Made by a program: the position numbers and the translations under genes
The notes under the pieces: generated by a model
The model's input: the letters and a program-made list of their open reading frames with translations, nothing else
Told to the model about the DNA's origin: nothing
Databases searched by the model: none
Assembly: GCF_006345805.1 (NCBI RefSeq)
Contig: NC_042999.1
Span: forward strand, 122,760,001-122,824,000
Direction: 5' to 3'
From: Octopus sinensis
Taxonomy: Eukaryota
Length of the DNA stretch: 64,000 bases
In this document: piece by piece, positions 23,546-36,130 of the stretch
How positions within the stretch are numbered: position 1 is the first letter of the stretch
How the letters are laid out: each line of letters starts with the position of its first letter

Positions 23546-25741
23546 AACTCAGCCAAAATAGCTTCTGTAATGAGCCTATAAAACTTTAAGCTACATTGGG
23601 CAAAATCAGACTATCTTAGATAATAATTTATGTATCTCCTACTAAATGTAGTGAGTGTCTCTTTCTTTCATTTGTTCCCTGACATGTGTGTGTTTATGTG
23701 TGTGTGTATGTGTGTGTAAATATATGTATATGTTGAAATCCAGGCAGTATATACTTCCTATCTTGCATTGAGTAACGTTTCAGTATGGCATTATTCTTCC
23801 CTTTAGTACTAGTAATATTTTCTGTTATACATCTACACTGATTGCTGCCTTATCCAAATTGTGCATATCCCTTTCCTTTTTGTTCACCTGAAATATCAAT
23901 TCAACTGGTTATCTAAGATACCAATTATTATACCCTTCTATCATTCATTGCAACCATTATAACCTCTGATAACCATTGCTATCTGTTCAAATGACATACG
24001 TGTTTTGACATCTGAGTTAATAGTAATTATTATTTTTCATTTACTTTACTCTATCTTTTCTAATGCTGGTCTCTTCTGAAAGGTTTCCCATTTTATGCTG
24101 CCCCACATTAATCAGATAAGCTTCCTTTGAGAGACAACCTGAGTAGCATCTGTTTAATTTTTGTTCTTTGTTGATGAGGCATAGTGTCCATAACCCATGC
24201 CAATTCCTCTTGGTATTAAATGTTTATGTACTTTATCTTCAGTTTAAACTTCAGGAGGAGCTTGAATGGGGGAATGGGTTCTGAAGTACCATAGAAATGT
24301 AAATGAATCATTTGGAAAAATGCTTAGTGTAGGTCTTCAGTGGAGATGACAGTAAAAAGGAGGCAGAGGGAAAGAAATAGCATGCCTATAGTGAATGTTT
24401 GGAGAGTGTGGCTCACTGAATCTTTGCTTATTAGCCAAACTATCTTTATTGGGGGCAGTCTAAAATGCTTCTATATTAAGTAGCAACTTCTATCAGATAT
24501 GTGAGTAGCACTCTGATGTAGATTACACTTTTTATTTGTAGGTAGTATGATGTGAAATTGAACAGCGTTTAAGAGATTGCTTAGCCTTGGGAGTGCAGCT
24601 TTATAGATAGAAAAGATGCTCATCATTGAAGATCTCCAATTTTGCATACTTTGTCTTTTGAGGGTTTTAGCTATGTTGTTCATAATTGAAGGTGTAGTGC
24701 AAGACTATTTCCTTCCAGTGTTTTAATTGTTTCTTTTCCTTTTCTTTTTTTGGGGCTGTTAAAAGATGCTCATTTTTCCTGCCTTCATTCGCCTGTGCTT
24801 TCAAGGTTCTTCTTCCTTGAAGTAGTGCGAATTTAATACAAGTTATCCACATATAAGTGATACCTACACGCACGCAGAGTGTTAAAGACAAATTAAGGGT
24901 GAGACCACCTGCAAAAGAGTATGTGGTTAGAAATAAAAGTATGATTAAAAGTACAAACAGTATAGTATGTAAGTTTTAGGTGTAGCTGACTGAGAAAATG
25001 AGAATACCATCTATACATCTAACAACGGAGAGGCTGAAAGGAATCTTCCAGTTGAAAATTACATAAAAAGAAGTAAAGATAATAGCTAGAAATTTATTTA
25101 AGAGCTTCCCTTGTCAGACTTTGATGCTGCCAAGTGCTGTATTTGAAATGTTGCAAATGTTGCATAAGTATTTGTTGGATCCATGGTTCATCTCAACATC
25201 CATATTTTATTGCAGAATGTGTTTTATTTATCAGTTAGAGTACTGTAGAGGAGAAGCTATGAAGTCATTATAAGTTGCATACTTTTTGTAGGAAGTTACC
25301 ATATCTCATAACTGATTGTCAGTTTAACAGTTGGAAGGTGATAGCATTCAAGTCAATTAGAAATTATCGTTATCTTCATTATCAGCTACATTAATGCCAC
25401 AGTTTTGCCAGTTTTACATGATTCCTAATTCTATTAAGAGCCGCAGATTATTTAGTGATAATATAACATAGAATTTTTTTAATAATGGAAGTAAAATCTA
25501 ACTTTCCAAATTAATGAAATGATAGTAATTTAATTACTGATGTCTACTGAAGAACTGAATACATCAATGAAAACATGTAATGTGAATGGAGCATACATAG
25601 GTGAAAATTCTGATTTTATCATGGAGGGTACATGTGATAGAGTTTACTGGTTTCAACTAGAGATCTGTGACCATTTTAGATGGCTAAGAAAGCATTGAAA
25701 AGAATCATGACTGCCAGATCTGAGAATATAAAACTGGGTAC

Positions 25742-25998
25742 GAGGCGTGTGGGTTAGTGGTTAGGGTGTCAGCATAATGATCATAAGATTGTGGTTCCAA
25801 TTCCTGGACCAGGCAATACGTTGTGTTCTTGAGCAAAACACTTCATTTCATGTTGCTCCAGTCCACTCAGCTGGCAAAAATGAGTAACGCTGAGATGGAC
25901 TGGCGTTCTGTGAAGCTGGGGAACACATACACCATAGAAACCAGGAAACTGGGCCCATGAGCCTGGCTAGGCTTTAAAAGGACGCATTTATTTATTTT
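25742..25998 (+). mobile_element. SINE family B
   Basis: Closely matches 15208-15467 (gtgttcttgagcaaaacacttcatttca.gttgctccagtccactcagctggcaaaaatgagtaa). Confidence 0.9.
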
Positions 25999-28900
25999 AC
26001 ATGCATTGAGCATATAATAAGGCACTCTGCAGACCTATCCAAGCCCTTCCTGCCAGGGAAAAATATTTTAAATTGCAGGACGATGATGGTAACAGTGTAG
26101 TGATTGTGATGTTGAAACACTGACAATAACAATTTGAATTGAACATTATATCAGAATGACATAGAGTGAAGAAATGAATTTATAAGTTCTATGTGTGTGT
26201 ATATACTGAGATATACAAAACAATATGTATATGTGTGTAAGTATAGTTTTACTTTAAAAAAAGATCTCTCTTAAATCTCAAAAACAATAACAGTAAAAGC
26301 TTAATACATTTTATATGTAAATATAAAACCATTAAAGTCCATTAATAGAACAAGATTAGCAATGTCTTTTAATGTGAGATGAGATAGAATCTACTGTTTG
26401 TTGAAGGAAAACAAAAAAAAGAAAGAAACTTAAAATTTAGTATCTTATGAAGCTGAGAAAGCAATTTTGTTAACATAGATCAAATAATATATTATCAGCT
26501 GGTAGTTTTTCACAGCCAGTATTATCAAGTACTAATCAGTGAAATAAGGAATGGTAACTATGTTTAAAAATGACTTGTCATTGGAATATAAAAGCATCAA
26601 AATCATTTTCTTCTATTGTTATTGGTCATCTCATCTAAAGGAAATTAAGTTATTTCTTATCTCAAATACTAATTTCTTACTTTCAACTTTCTCATTCTTG
26701 TGTTGGTGATTTAATTTTTTTTTTTTAGAAATTTCATATAAATGAAAACTGTTTTGTTTTTTTTCAATAATATTTAAGCTTGATTTTATTTTTTTAAATT
26801 TTATTTGTATTAATTTTTTTTTTACTTTAGATAGAATCTCAGATAAACTAATTTCACATAGTTTATGATGCTTGAAAATGATAGTTAATAGAATAAATTT
26901 TAATAAACATTCAATAGGGAAGGGCAAATGAGGATTGACTTTATTTTTTCATTATAAAATATCAGAATATTAACTGAAAAATATCAAATAAGAACTAGTC
27001 AAATGAGCAGGGTTTAACTAAGGGAAACTGGGCATCATGTGTTTACCAATGATAACTGCAATTACAAAGATTGTATTTGAGAACAGAAATAATTAAATAG
27101 CTGCCAATAATATGTATCCTGTCAATAGAACTGTATTTTGTCCCAAACAGGGTTACTTATTCTGAACAAATGCCCAGTACACCTAGAATGAAAGAAGTGT
27201 ATGAGAAGAGTAAAGACTACTTTTAGAAATACTTTACATTTAGTACAAAATAGCTTTTCTCTTTTTTTTTTTATTAGAAATCACTGACATATCATTGGTG
27301 CTGGGCTAATGTGGAGTGAATATTATAACTTTAGTATAATATATGCTACTATAAAATAAATGCTAGATGGCTGAATGAGAGCATATTATATTTATAGATA
27401 ATGCATAAAATGTAAAATGGATTTGTAATAGAATTTTTTAGTTATAAATCTTAAATATATGGCCTTTCATAAACATAATGATCTGGTGATATATTTATGA
27501 GATAATTTCGCTTTGCACAGAGTAATATGCAGTATTTGGATTAGCAAGCCCATTTCCCCAATATAATTTATTTTAAATTTGTTAACTGTCAGCGAATATT
27601 TTCTTAATTCTATTTACGAGAGAACTACATGCAAAGCATCTTAAACCCAACAGAACATACTATAATAGGAGGGATTTAGGATAAGTTACATTTTATATGT
27701 TTCTTTAGCTATTAAGAAGAAATAGAATCTATGAAAGATTAAGTGAGTTACAAATGAATTCTAAATTTTTGTTGTGACTCAAATTGCAATATTCAAGCAA
27801 AAGTTTATAGAACTTTCTTGGAATTAAGAATTTGAAATGTGATAAAGATACAAATCATTAAAAGAAACCATGCAATGTAACATTCACAAAATTAAAGAAT
27901 GGATCAATGTAAAATTAGATAAATAAGAAACAAGTTAGAGTACTTGGAAAACTCATAATGGAAAACAAATTGAGTAAACTGAAGAAAGAAAAACGGCAAA
28001 GAAAATACCAACAACGTGCATACACTTGTGAACAGGAGACATGGAAAGATAGAGATGGACCAAAAGAAAAAGAAGACTTAGTATAAACAATGAGAGAATA
28101 AGCTTAACTATGCATGTTTACAATAGATAAAAAAAGGAAAAGTTATTTAAAATTCATAAGTAAAAGATACTTTATAAAACAAATTCTGTTTTAAAAAAAG
28201 ATACCACAAAAATGAAATAGTGAAAATACAATTTTAACGGCTAAGAAGTTTGACTTAAAGAAAAAACCGTTTGGATTTCAGAATTCTCTTGCTCTTACTC
28301 TCAGCATTCCTCTCACTAGTATGAATTTATTCATATGTATTATAGTTTGTTTGTAAATTTTGTGGTTAACATTTTTCTTTTAATAGTTAAATTGCAGCCT
28401 CCATCATAAGATTAATAGGCATTGAGGTGAATGACTGAGTTTATCAACAATCTATATGAAGTGGAAGATAGGCAAAAGAACAGCATTTAAAATATACTTC
28501 CCCACTCCATTTTTTTTTTCAAATACACTGTAATCCTTAAAATGTCTTATAATGCATTTCTTACTATGGCAACTAATAACTTCTAAAGTTGTTACATACT
28601 ATCAAAATACTCTTTTCTGGAATTTGAAAGAAAAAGTAACAACTTTCATCAAATTGTAAAACTAAACCATATCAGTAATTAAAAAGCAGATTAATACAAA
28701 CCATATCAGCAATTAAAAGACAGATTAATGCAAAAACGAAATAATGATAATATTTAGCTATTTGCAAGATATAACAAGGAGTATCTAATTTTTAAAACCA
28801 ATTAAATTAAACTTTCCTGTAATTAATACAGAGTTGTATAAATCTTCGCCTAACACCAGATTTGATTAAAATTAATAACAAAATCTGTTTTTCTCTCCTC

Positions 28901-29364
28901 CATGCAGTGATGATTCTAACTAATGGAAACTATTTTGCTCTCTCTATAATGTATGTTAGTATTCACTCAGCTTTTGTGTTTCATGTGAATGACATCTCTA
29001 GGTAATTTCCTTCACTCATTTTATAGTCTCACTAGCTTGTGTTTAATTCTTATATATCTGTATAGTAGTTTCTATCATTTGATCTGGCAGCTCAAAAAGC
29101 CTATGCTTTACTGAGAATGTTTGATAAGACTGAAACATGTCTCTGGTTAGCATTGTGCTTGGTAAAGATCAGATTAAATTAATTTTAGTCTTGAGTTAAT
29201 GTTTTAATTTTTTTACTGCAAACATGATTCTAATTTTTGATTTATTAAAATATTGGAACTGGCCTCTCTTTGTCTTCACTAAATTTAATTAACATTGTCT
29301 CCTCAGTGCAGCAATAATTTTAATTAACTGATGAAGTATTAGCGCAAAGCAGTGTTTAGGTATG

Positions 29365-29797
29365 AGCAGAATTTAGGCTAGTAGAAATATGTTTGTGACA
29401 CATTTCAACTACTGTGGAGAATAAATCTCTGTCATGGTAAAAAGGTGTTGAAACACCAGTTCGTTCATTGTCGTCACCTATTAGGAATCTCAGACATCGA
29501 TGTTTCAAGCTATTTTGGCTCTCGTCAATGAGATGTACCTAAGAGAGGCAACTCTGAACGAACTTAGAAAGCTATAGCTTTATGTATAATCCAGTCAATA
29601 GGTACATCTCATTGATGAGAGCCAAAATAGCTCAGAACATCAATGTCAAAAATTTTTAATAAATAGCAACACTGAATGAACCAGTGTTTCCACACCTTTT
29701 TACCATAAGAGAGACTTATTCTCCATGGTAACTGTGTATTTTCCTTTTAGCAGTTGAAATGTGTCACAAACATATTTCAACTTGCCTAAATTCTGCT
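29365..29797. mobile_element. Foldback Penelope-like element with a hammerhead in each arm
   Basis: Arms 29365-29541 and 29599-29797 are diverged reverse complements (gaaatatgtttgtgacacatttcaact / agttgaaatgtgtcacaaacatatttc). Confidence 0.8.
29487..29534 (-). ncRNA. Minimal type I hammerhead ribozyme motif (C3U variant)
   Basis: Minus strand ATCTCA-TTGACGA-GAGC-caaaata-GCTT-GAAA-CATCGATG-TC-TGAGAT: 6-bp stem I, 4-bp stem II, palindromic stem III ACATCGATGT, GUC cleavage triplet. Confidence 0.75.
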
Positions 29798-30560
29798 TAA
29801 TTAATTGAATTTTTTAAAACCTGTTAGCACTCACTCATGTTTTCTAGATATTTTCTAACGTTTCATATCTGACCTCTTTTCATTTATTTATCATTCTCTT
29901 TATGTGAAATTTACCCAGATTCCCACCATATTAATGATATTCATCATTTTTAAGTTACCTCAAAGCAAAAATATTTTAGCACTCTTTATATTCCAATAAG
30001 TGGTTGTTTACTAATTGTCTTTGTTCAATTTTTACAAAATCATTTGCTGTCTTTCATATTGTCTTCATTCTTTTTTCAGTATAATAAAAAAAATGTACTC
30101 TATCTTCAGCAGTTATCTTTTTTAAAAGAATCTATTTAAAGTTTATCTAACTGCGTTTTGTTTAAAAGCTATAAATGTAGTAGTGATATTTTCTTGGGTG
30201 TTTTCCTCACATAAAGTTGATTTACCTGCTTGTTTTCATTTATGCAATTTCCAAATACTCTGTTATTTCTTGCTTGTTTAATTTTAATTTATCTCTTCCT
30301 TATCTATTGAACCTTGCATCATTAGATTCTTTAGCTAGTATTTCTCTCTGAACATACATAAAAGCTGTTCCAAATTTCAGGTTCCTGATATAAAGGAATT
30401 CTTCTTATGGTTGAAGCCAAAAATAATTACAAATACCTGTTGGATTTGTAGAAGCTTCATGCTATATAAATAGCCTCTTATTTCTATTTTGATTCATAAA
30501 TATATAAATCTTTATTATTTTCATTATGTTAAAGATCTCAATTATAATTTCATTGCATAT

Positions 30561-30753
30561 TTAACCCTTCTGTTATGACATTTCTGTCTTTGTTACAAGT
30601 AATTTTGAAAATATTGAAGGATTTAGTATGGTGTTTGGAACATAAATTATCATAAAATGTTGACAGAAGGTTCAAATTTAGACCACTTTAAAACAAGTGT
30701 GTGTATCACAGAACAAGGGCTGCTTTCAGGCTAGTTGGTGTCAAAAGAGTTAG
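30561..30753. mobile_element. Degenerate piggyBac-like MITE
   Basis: TTAA|CCCTT at the left end and AAGAG|TTAG at the right end (imperfect); about 190 bp. Confidence 0.45.
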
Positions 30754-33443
30754 TTGTTGAAAGCATAACACATAAACTTTTTCTGTGTTAAGGATTTTTA
30801 TTATATCTTTGATTCATAGGTTTTCAGCTTGTAAAAACGTAACACTTGAACATATATCACGGCATGTAGAATAATATCATAAATATATTTCACTAATAAA
30901 AGTAGATATGGTATTTTATTGCCTCTGACAAAAACATAAGTCACATTTATATCACTCAAAATCATTCAATATTACACAAATGATATTTGACAGAAATGGT
31001 GAAATGTGAAGCTAAAGGTGGTACACTGTTTGGCCCTATATTTTCAGTTAGAGTTCAGATCACGTTGAGGAATAATTCTACCTTTATCTCTCTAGATTTG
31101 ATAAAATATGACCAGTAATATACTGGTTCCAGATAAATTTCCAATACTCATTTCTATGGATGTGCGGCTTGAGATAAAATTAGAAATCAATATGATGTCA
31201 ATATGATGTAGGATAAAACAGTGATAAGCAAAGATAAAAAAGAAATTAGATAATTCTATTTTGAAACTAGATTGTTTGAATTATGACAGAGTCTATTATG
31301 ATATTTATGTTTGAGATAGAAAGGAAAGTGCAATTATAATCCTATTAATTATATGACTTCTGATTCATTGCTCAATGAAGCTCTTGTTATACTCTAAAGA
31401 AATATTTTCTTAAAGTGAAGCAAGTAAGTCTGTATTAGTATACTTGTTTGTTTACTAGTATTGTACTGCTATTGCTCAAGAAAAATAGAATGTAATAAAA
31501 AATAAAGCTATGTAAACAAACACTAACATTATGAATATGCCTGTAAGGTAGATAGGTATACATTTGCATTTTCAGAATTGTCTCTAATGAGACAACATAA
31601 TTTTTTTCCAATGTTGGCATCCATTTTAAAATTATCTTCTTATTTCTGCTCATAATAAGTTTGAAAGTTTTAAAAATAGTTTCTTTACTCTACTTTAGTT
31701 TTCTATAATTCATTTAGATGTAAATATTTATTTAGGCAACACAGTTTACCTCAAAGTTTGATTGTTGAAGTCTAGAAACATTCTCTAAACATTTAAGCAT
31801 TCAGTACCTAATCAATTTAAAAATAGTTTTGTTGAAACGTGAAAGAGCAATCTATCACACCAATTGTTACTATTTTCACCTTCACATTGTTTTAGAATTG
31901 TAACATTAATGCATTTAAATACTTGTCTGTGCTTTATATAAAGTAGTGTATCCATTTTATTATTGGAGTTTGTATGATAAAGTTTTTGAAAATCACCACT
32001 ACATTCATGGTCATGAATTTCCTTTGTTACAATGTCCTCAATTCTTTGTCACCGATGAACTCAAATTTGTTCATACATTGAAAAGATCAATAACTAAATT
32101 ATGTTGTTCTTTTTTAAAGTGTTAATACTACTTCTGCTCACTGAAGGCTCTCACAGTTGAGTTTTTCCTTTACTATTTGAGATGATGAAAATGCATCTCT
32201 TTTTTTCAAAAAAACATGTAAACTGACTGGAGAGACATAGAAGACAAACAAAAGATAATTAAAAATAATTACCCCTAGGTTTTAACTCTTTTATCAGCCT
32301 TCTGTATTTGCATCAATATTTTATTTTTTAAAAATACAGTTAATTATTTTGGGTACATAAACGTTTTAACTGTTTTAAAGTTGCAAACAATGAATATTAG
32401 AATATGTTATCCAGCAAGATAATTTTAAATTGATATAAAATTTCGCAAATTACATTCACTTAGAAAATAGCATCTGATTTAACCAGAAACATTTACACAT
32501 ACACACACACTCACATACACACACACACACACACACGCACATGCACACCACATCCACAAAATTCATAAACACTCATTGAAATAAAAAAAGATTTATTTTT
32601 TACTTGTAAAAGAAAGTAATACAAGACAAAAAATATATATATTCAAAATCTTTCTTATTTTGTGCTTACTCTAATTAAGACTTGCTACCCATGTTAATAG
32701 AAATCAGAATATACTAAGATGTATTGTAAAGTTACATTATATGGCATCTAGACTGCTGGAACTACATTAATATAATTTGAATATAATAATCATTGCAATA
32801 TAATGCAATAGCAGACACTTTATGAGGCATGGAGCCACTAACTTTCAGCTGAAAATCTACTTACTTGCCTTCTGGTTTCTTTGTCAGACCAGTATGAGAA
32901 AAGGAAAATGAAAAGCAGGAGAGAATCTGAATTATATATACCATTAAGCATGACTCTAATCTGCTTTTGTTATCAAAGTATTCTACAGCTGGGTGATGAT
33001 GTATGTAAAACTGCTAAGATCTTGACTATGTTGGTGCCAACTTGGGCAGCATCATTACACAACAGTTTTTATTGATCGAAAGGGAAAAACAGTTTGTTCT
33101 CTTAGTGACTTATAAGCAGTATTATCATTATGGAGAAGAATTAATAGCAGAAAAAGAAGTCTATTGAGTTGAAGCATGAAATCTGAATCATTTAGATTAT
33201 TATTTTGATAAATGGATAAAATCTTATGTATTGTGAACATACACACCCACACACATATTTATTTGTGGAGTATAAGTTGCTTGCTTTTTCATACCCTTAT
33301 TTTATATATGTGTGTGTATGTTTGAGTATATATATATGTCACATATATAGTTTTTATTACTCACAAACACAATTGCACTGCACAGTTAAATGCACATATA
33401 GTCATTTAATTACCTACGGATATATGTATGTGTGTTTGTGCTT

Positions 33444-33481
<38 letters not shown>

Positions 33482-35419
33482 TAAGATGTAATGTAAGATA
33501 TAAATTTTTTTTAAAAAGCATCATACAATTTTAGCCTCGTTGTGAAAATTAGACAAAGTTGTCACACTACAGGCTTTTATCTCTCCACAGCCCAGAAAAA
33601 AGTAGGGTCATTCTAATTAGTTTCAAGTCTTCTTGAAACAAGAGTTTTCTACATGGTCCCAAACAGGTGCTTTTACATGTGGAACCAGCACAGGTGCATC
33701 TTAAATGACATTGGCATGGGTGGTGTTTATGTGACACTAAAGAAATATTTTTACCTTTACTGTTAAAAGTTAACAAATTGGTTTAACCACAGATTTTGTT
33801 AAATCACCCAGTGATAGAAAAAAAATAGGTCAATCTATGGAAACTGACACATTGTTTGTTAATAAGTGTAAGAGAAACCATTATAACAGTGGCATAAAAT
33901 GTAGAAACAAAAACAGATTGACTGTGGAAGGCTCACTGAATTTTTGCCAATTAGTCAAGTGGTCTTTCTGGAGGTAATCAGGAATTATTTCATATGCAGC
34001 TTCTTCTTGTTCTGGGAACATATACCAATCCCCACATTTTCTGAATATTAAGAGATATAAATTTATGGCTCACTACTTTGTTCACTTGTCACTTGAAGGC
34101 TAAAATTCAATGCATATCAAATAAGTATACTTTAGATTACATTTCAAATTATTCAAAAATTATGAGCAACACATTTTAATTAATTTACCTTGTAGTAAGT
34201 AAAGATACTTTTATGCAAATTACATGAACTATATTGGGTAAAAAGAAGTTTGTATAGAAACTTACATTCATGCATGTATGTATGCATGTATATGTATGTA
34301 TTTTGTACATATGCACATATAAGAAAGAAAATAGAATATGTAAAGGTACAAATATATACATGTACAGTCATACATATATGCATCAGTATATCAATAGAAT
34401 TTATTAATATTCATATATAAACACATATATTTATATCATATAAATATATAAATGTATGTATGTGTGTGTTCTTGTGTATCTATAGAGCCATATGTATATA
34501 TAATAATATGAAAAGACAGAAAAGAAAGAATGAAGACATAGCTTGTTTAGTTATTTTTGGAATATTCTTTTTTCCCGTTTCTTCTTTGGTCAAAATTATA
34601 TTTGAATATTTCTAAAACATCTATGTAAGATTTTACAAGATATTCTTAACAATGAATCAAATGTAAAATAGATATGAATGGTTTCCATCTGAATACATTT
34701 TAAGTATATTGGTAGGAAAGACTCACAATTATTATTGTTGCTAAATACTTTATAAATATCCCAAATTCTAAAAATGAATATTCCTTAACTCAATAAAATA
34801 ATTTTGTTGGTGGTATTGCATCTGTCTTATTTTTGTTGGCGGGCTTATTGTTTGAGTTTATCCAATCTAGAAGAATTTGAAAGATTGTAAAAGTGTAGTA
34901 TCAACGGAAATGCTTTTAATGAGTATCATATTGTGAACAACTTTAAAAAGATTATCTTAACAAGAGAGAAACAAAAGAAGTGACAGATGCATGTTACCAT
35001 TTGAAAGAGAGCAAGTAGTTTTTAGAGTGCTGTCAAATAAAGCACTGTCTGTCAATGCCATCATACTGTATTATTGCTTTGGGTAAAGTCGTCAAAATTA
35101 ACTGATATACAAAATAATTTAGAGTGATTTTTTTTTTTTGATAATTTGTGAAAAATCGTTTCACATCAGAAACACTCAGAAGTAAAATGTACAAATAATT
35201 AAGATACATATAAATATATAGTTGATGAAGTAAATATATTATTGTTTGAGAACTGTAAAGATAATAATTATTAAGATAATACTTAATAATTTAAGTAACC
35301 AAAGCATGTAACAGATTAAATAAGCTTAGACTAATCATGAGCAGTGTCACAGCAATGTTATTCTCTACATAGGAGTGACTGATGAAGAAAAGAACCATTT
35401 CTATGAGAGCTTCATACAG

Positions 35420-36130
35420 ACTGCCTCAGTAGCAAATGGCAACAACAACCTCATTATTTATTGCTGGCAACTGTAAGGGACATTCTTGGCAATACAATCG
35501 TGAATATCCCAATGGATAAGGTGCACAGAATGAATAGGGATCAATGTTCTTGGAGTTCTGCAATGCAAATGACCTTTTAATTCAGGAAACTGAGCTTCTG
35601 TCTGATCACCTACCACTTTGGTGAACATGTATACTAGATAGACATCACATTCACCAGGAAACAAGATAACTATTAAGTCTTCCTTCAGCGATGACTGCCC
35701 ATTCAATATTGACTAATCATGGATTAGTGAAGTAGATAGACCCAGACCAGAGAAACAAGTAATCTGAAGAAGGAAGACATGGAAAATGTAATATTCTTCA
35801 GCTAAATGAAGGTTCAAAACGACTACAAAAAGTCTACTTGGTAATGTGTATACCAATGGGAAAATAGAGACATGTATATTATAGAAATCAACTGTGAGTT
35901 ATATGAGATCACATGCTATGAAAATACAGACAGGTCTTTGAATAGAGCATGGTTCCAGCCAAGCAAATGTAACAAAGTAGTGGAATGGTATTGTAGACAA
36001 AGCCACAAAAACTACTAGACAGGCTTGGAATAATGGGAGAAAGTAATGTTCAAGGAGCAATATCAGGTGGTTAGGATAGAAACCAGATAGCAAGTATATA
36101 TAAAATAGAAAGAAACTAAAATGTATTATC
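35420..36130 (+). mobile_element. Decayed RTE-clade LINE, endonuclease region
   Basis: Translation LFIAGNCKGH...G*GAQNE*GSMFLEFCNANDL...LITYHFG...IDI resembles APE endonuclease motifs (GDFNGHVG, RNEEG, LLEFC, ITY.SG, IDY). Confidence 0.65.

Noticed and set aside
24000-25500. Possible ancient LINE remnant
   Set aside because: Only vague motif echoes; I could not establish family or boundaries.
28965-29150. Hammerhead-like fragments (gaaacatgtc; minus-strand ctagaga..tgt..aca..gaaa)
   Set aside because: Cores are corrupted and no convincing stem I or inverted arms were found.
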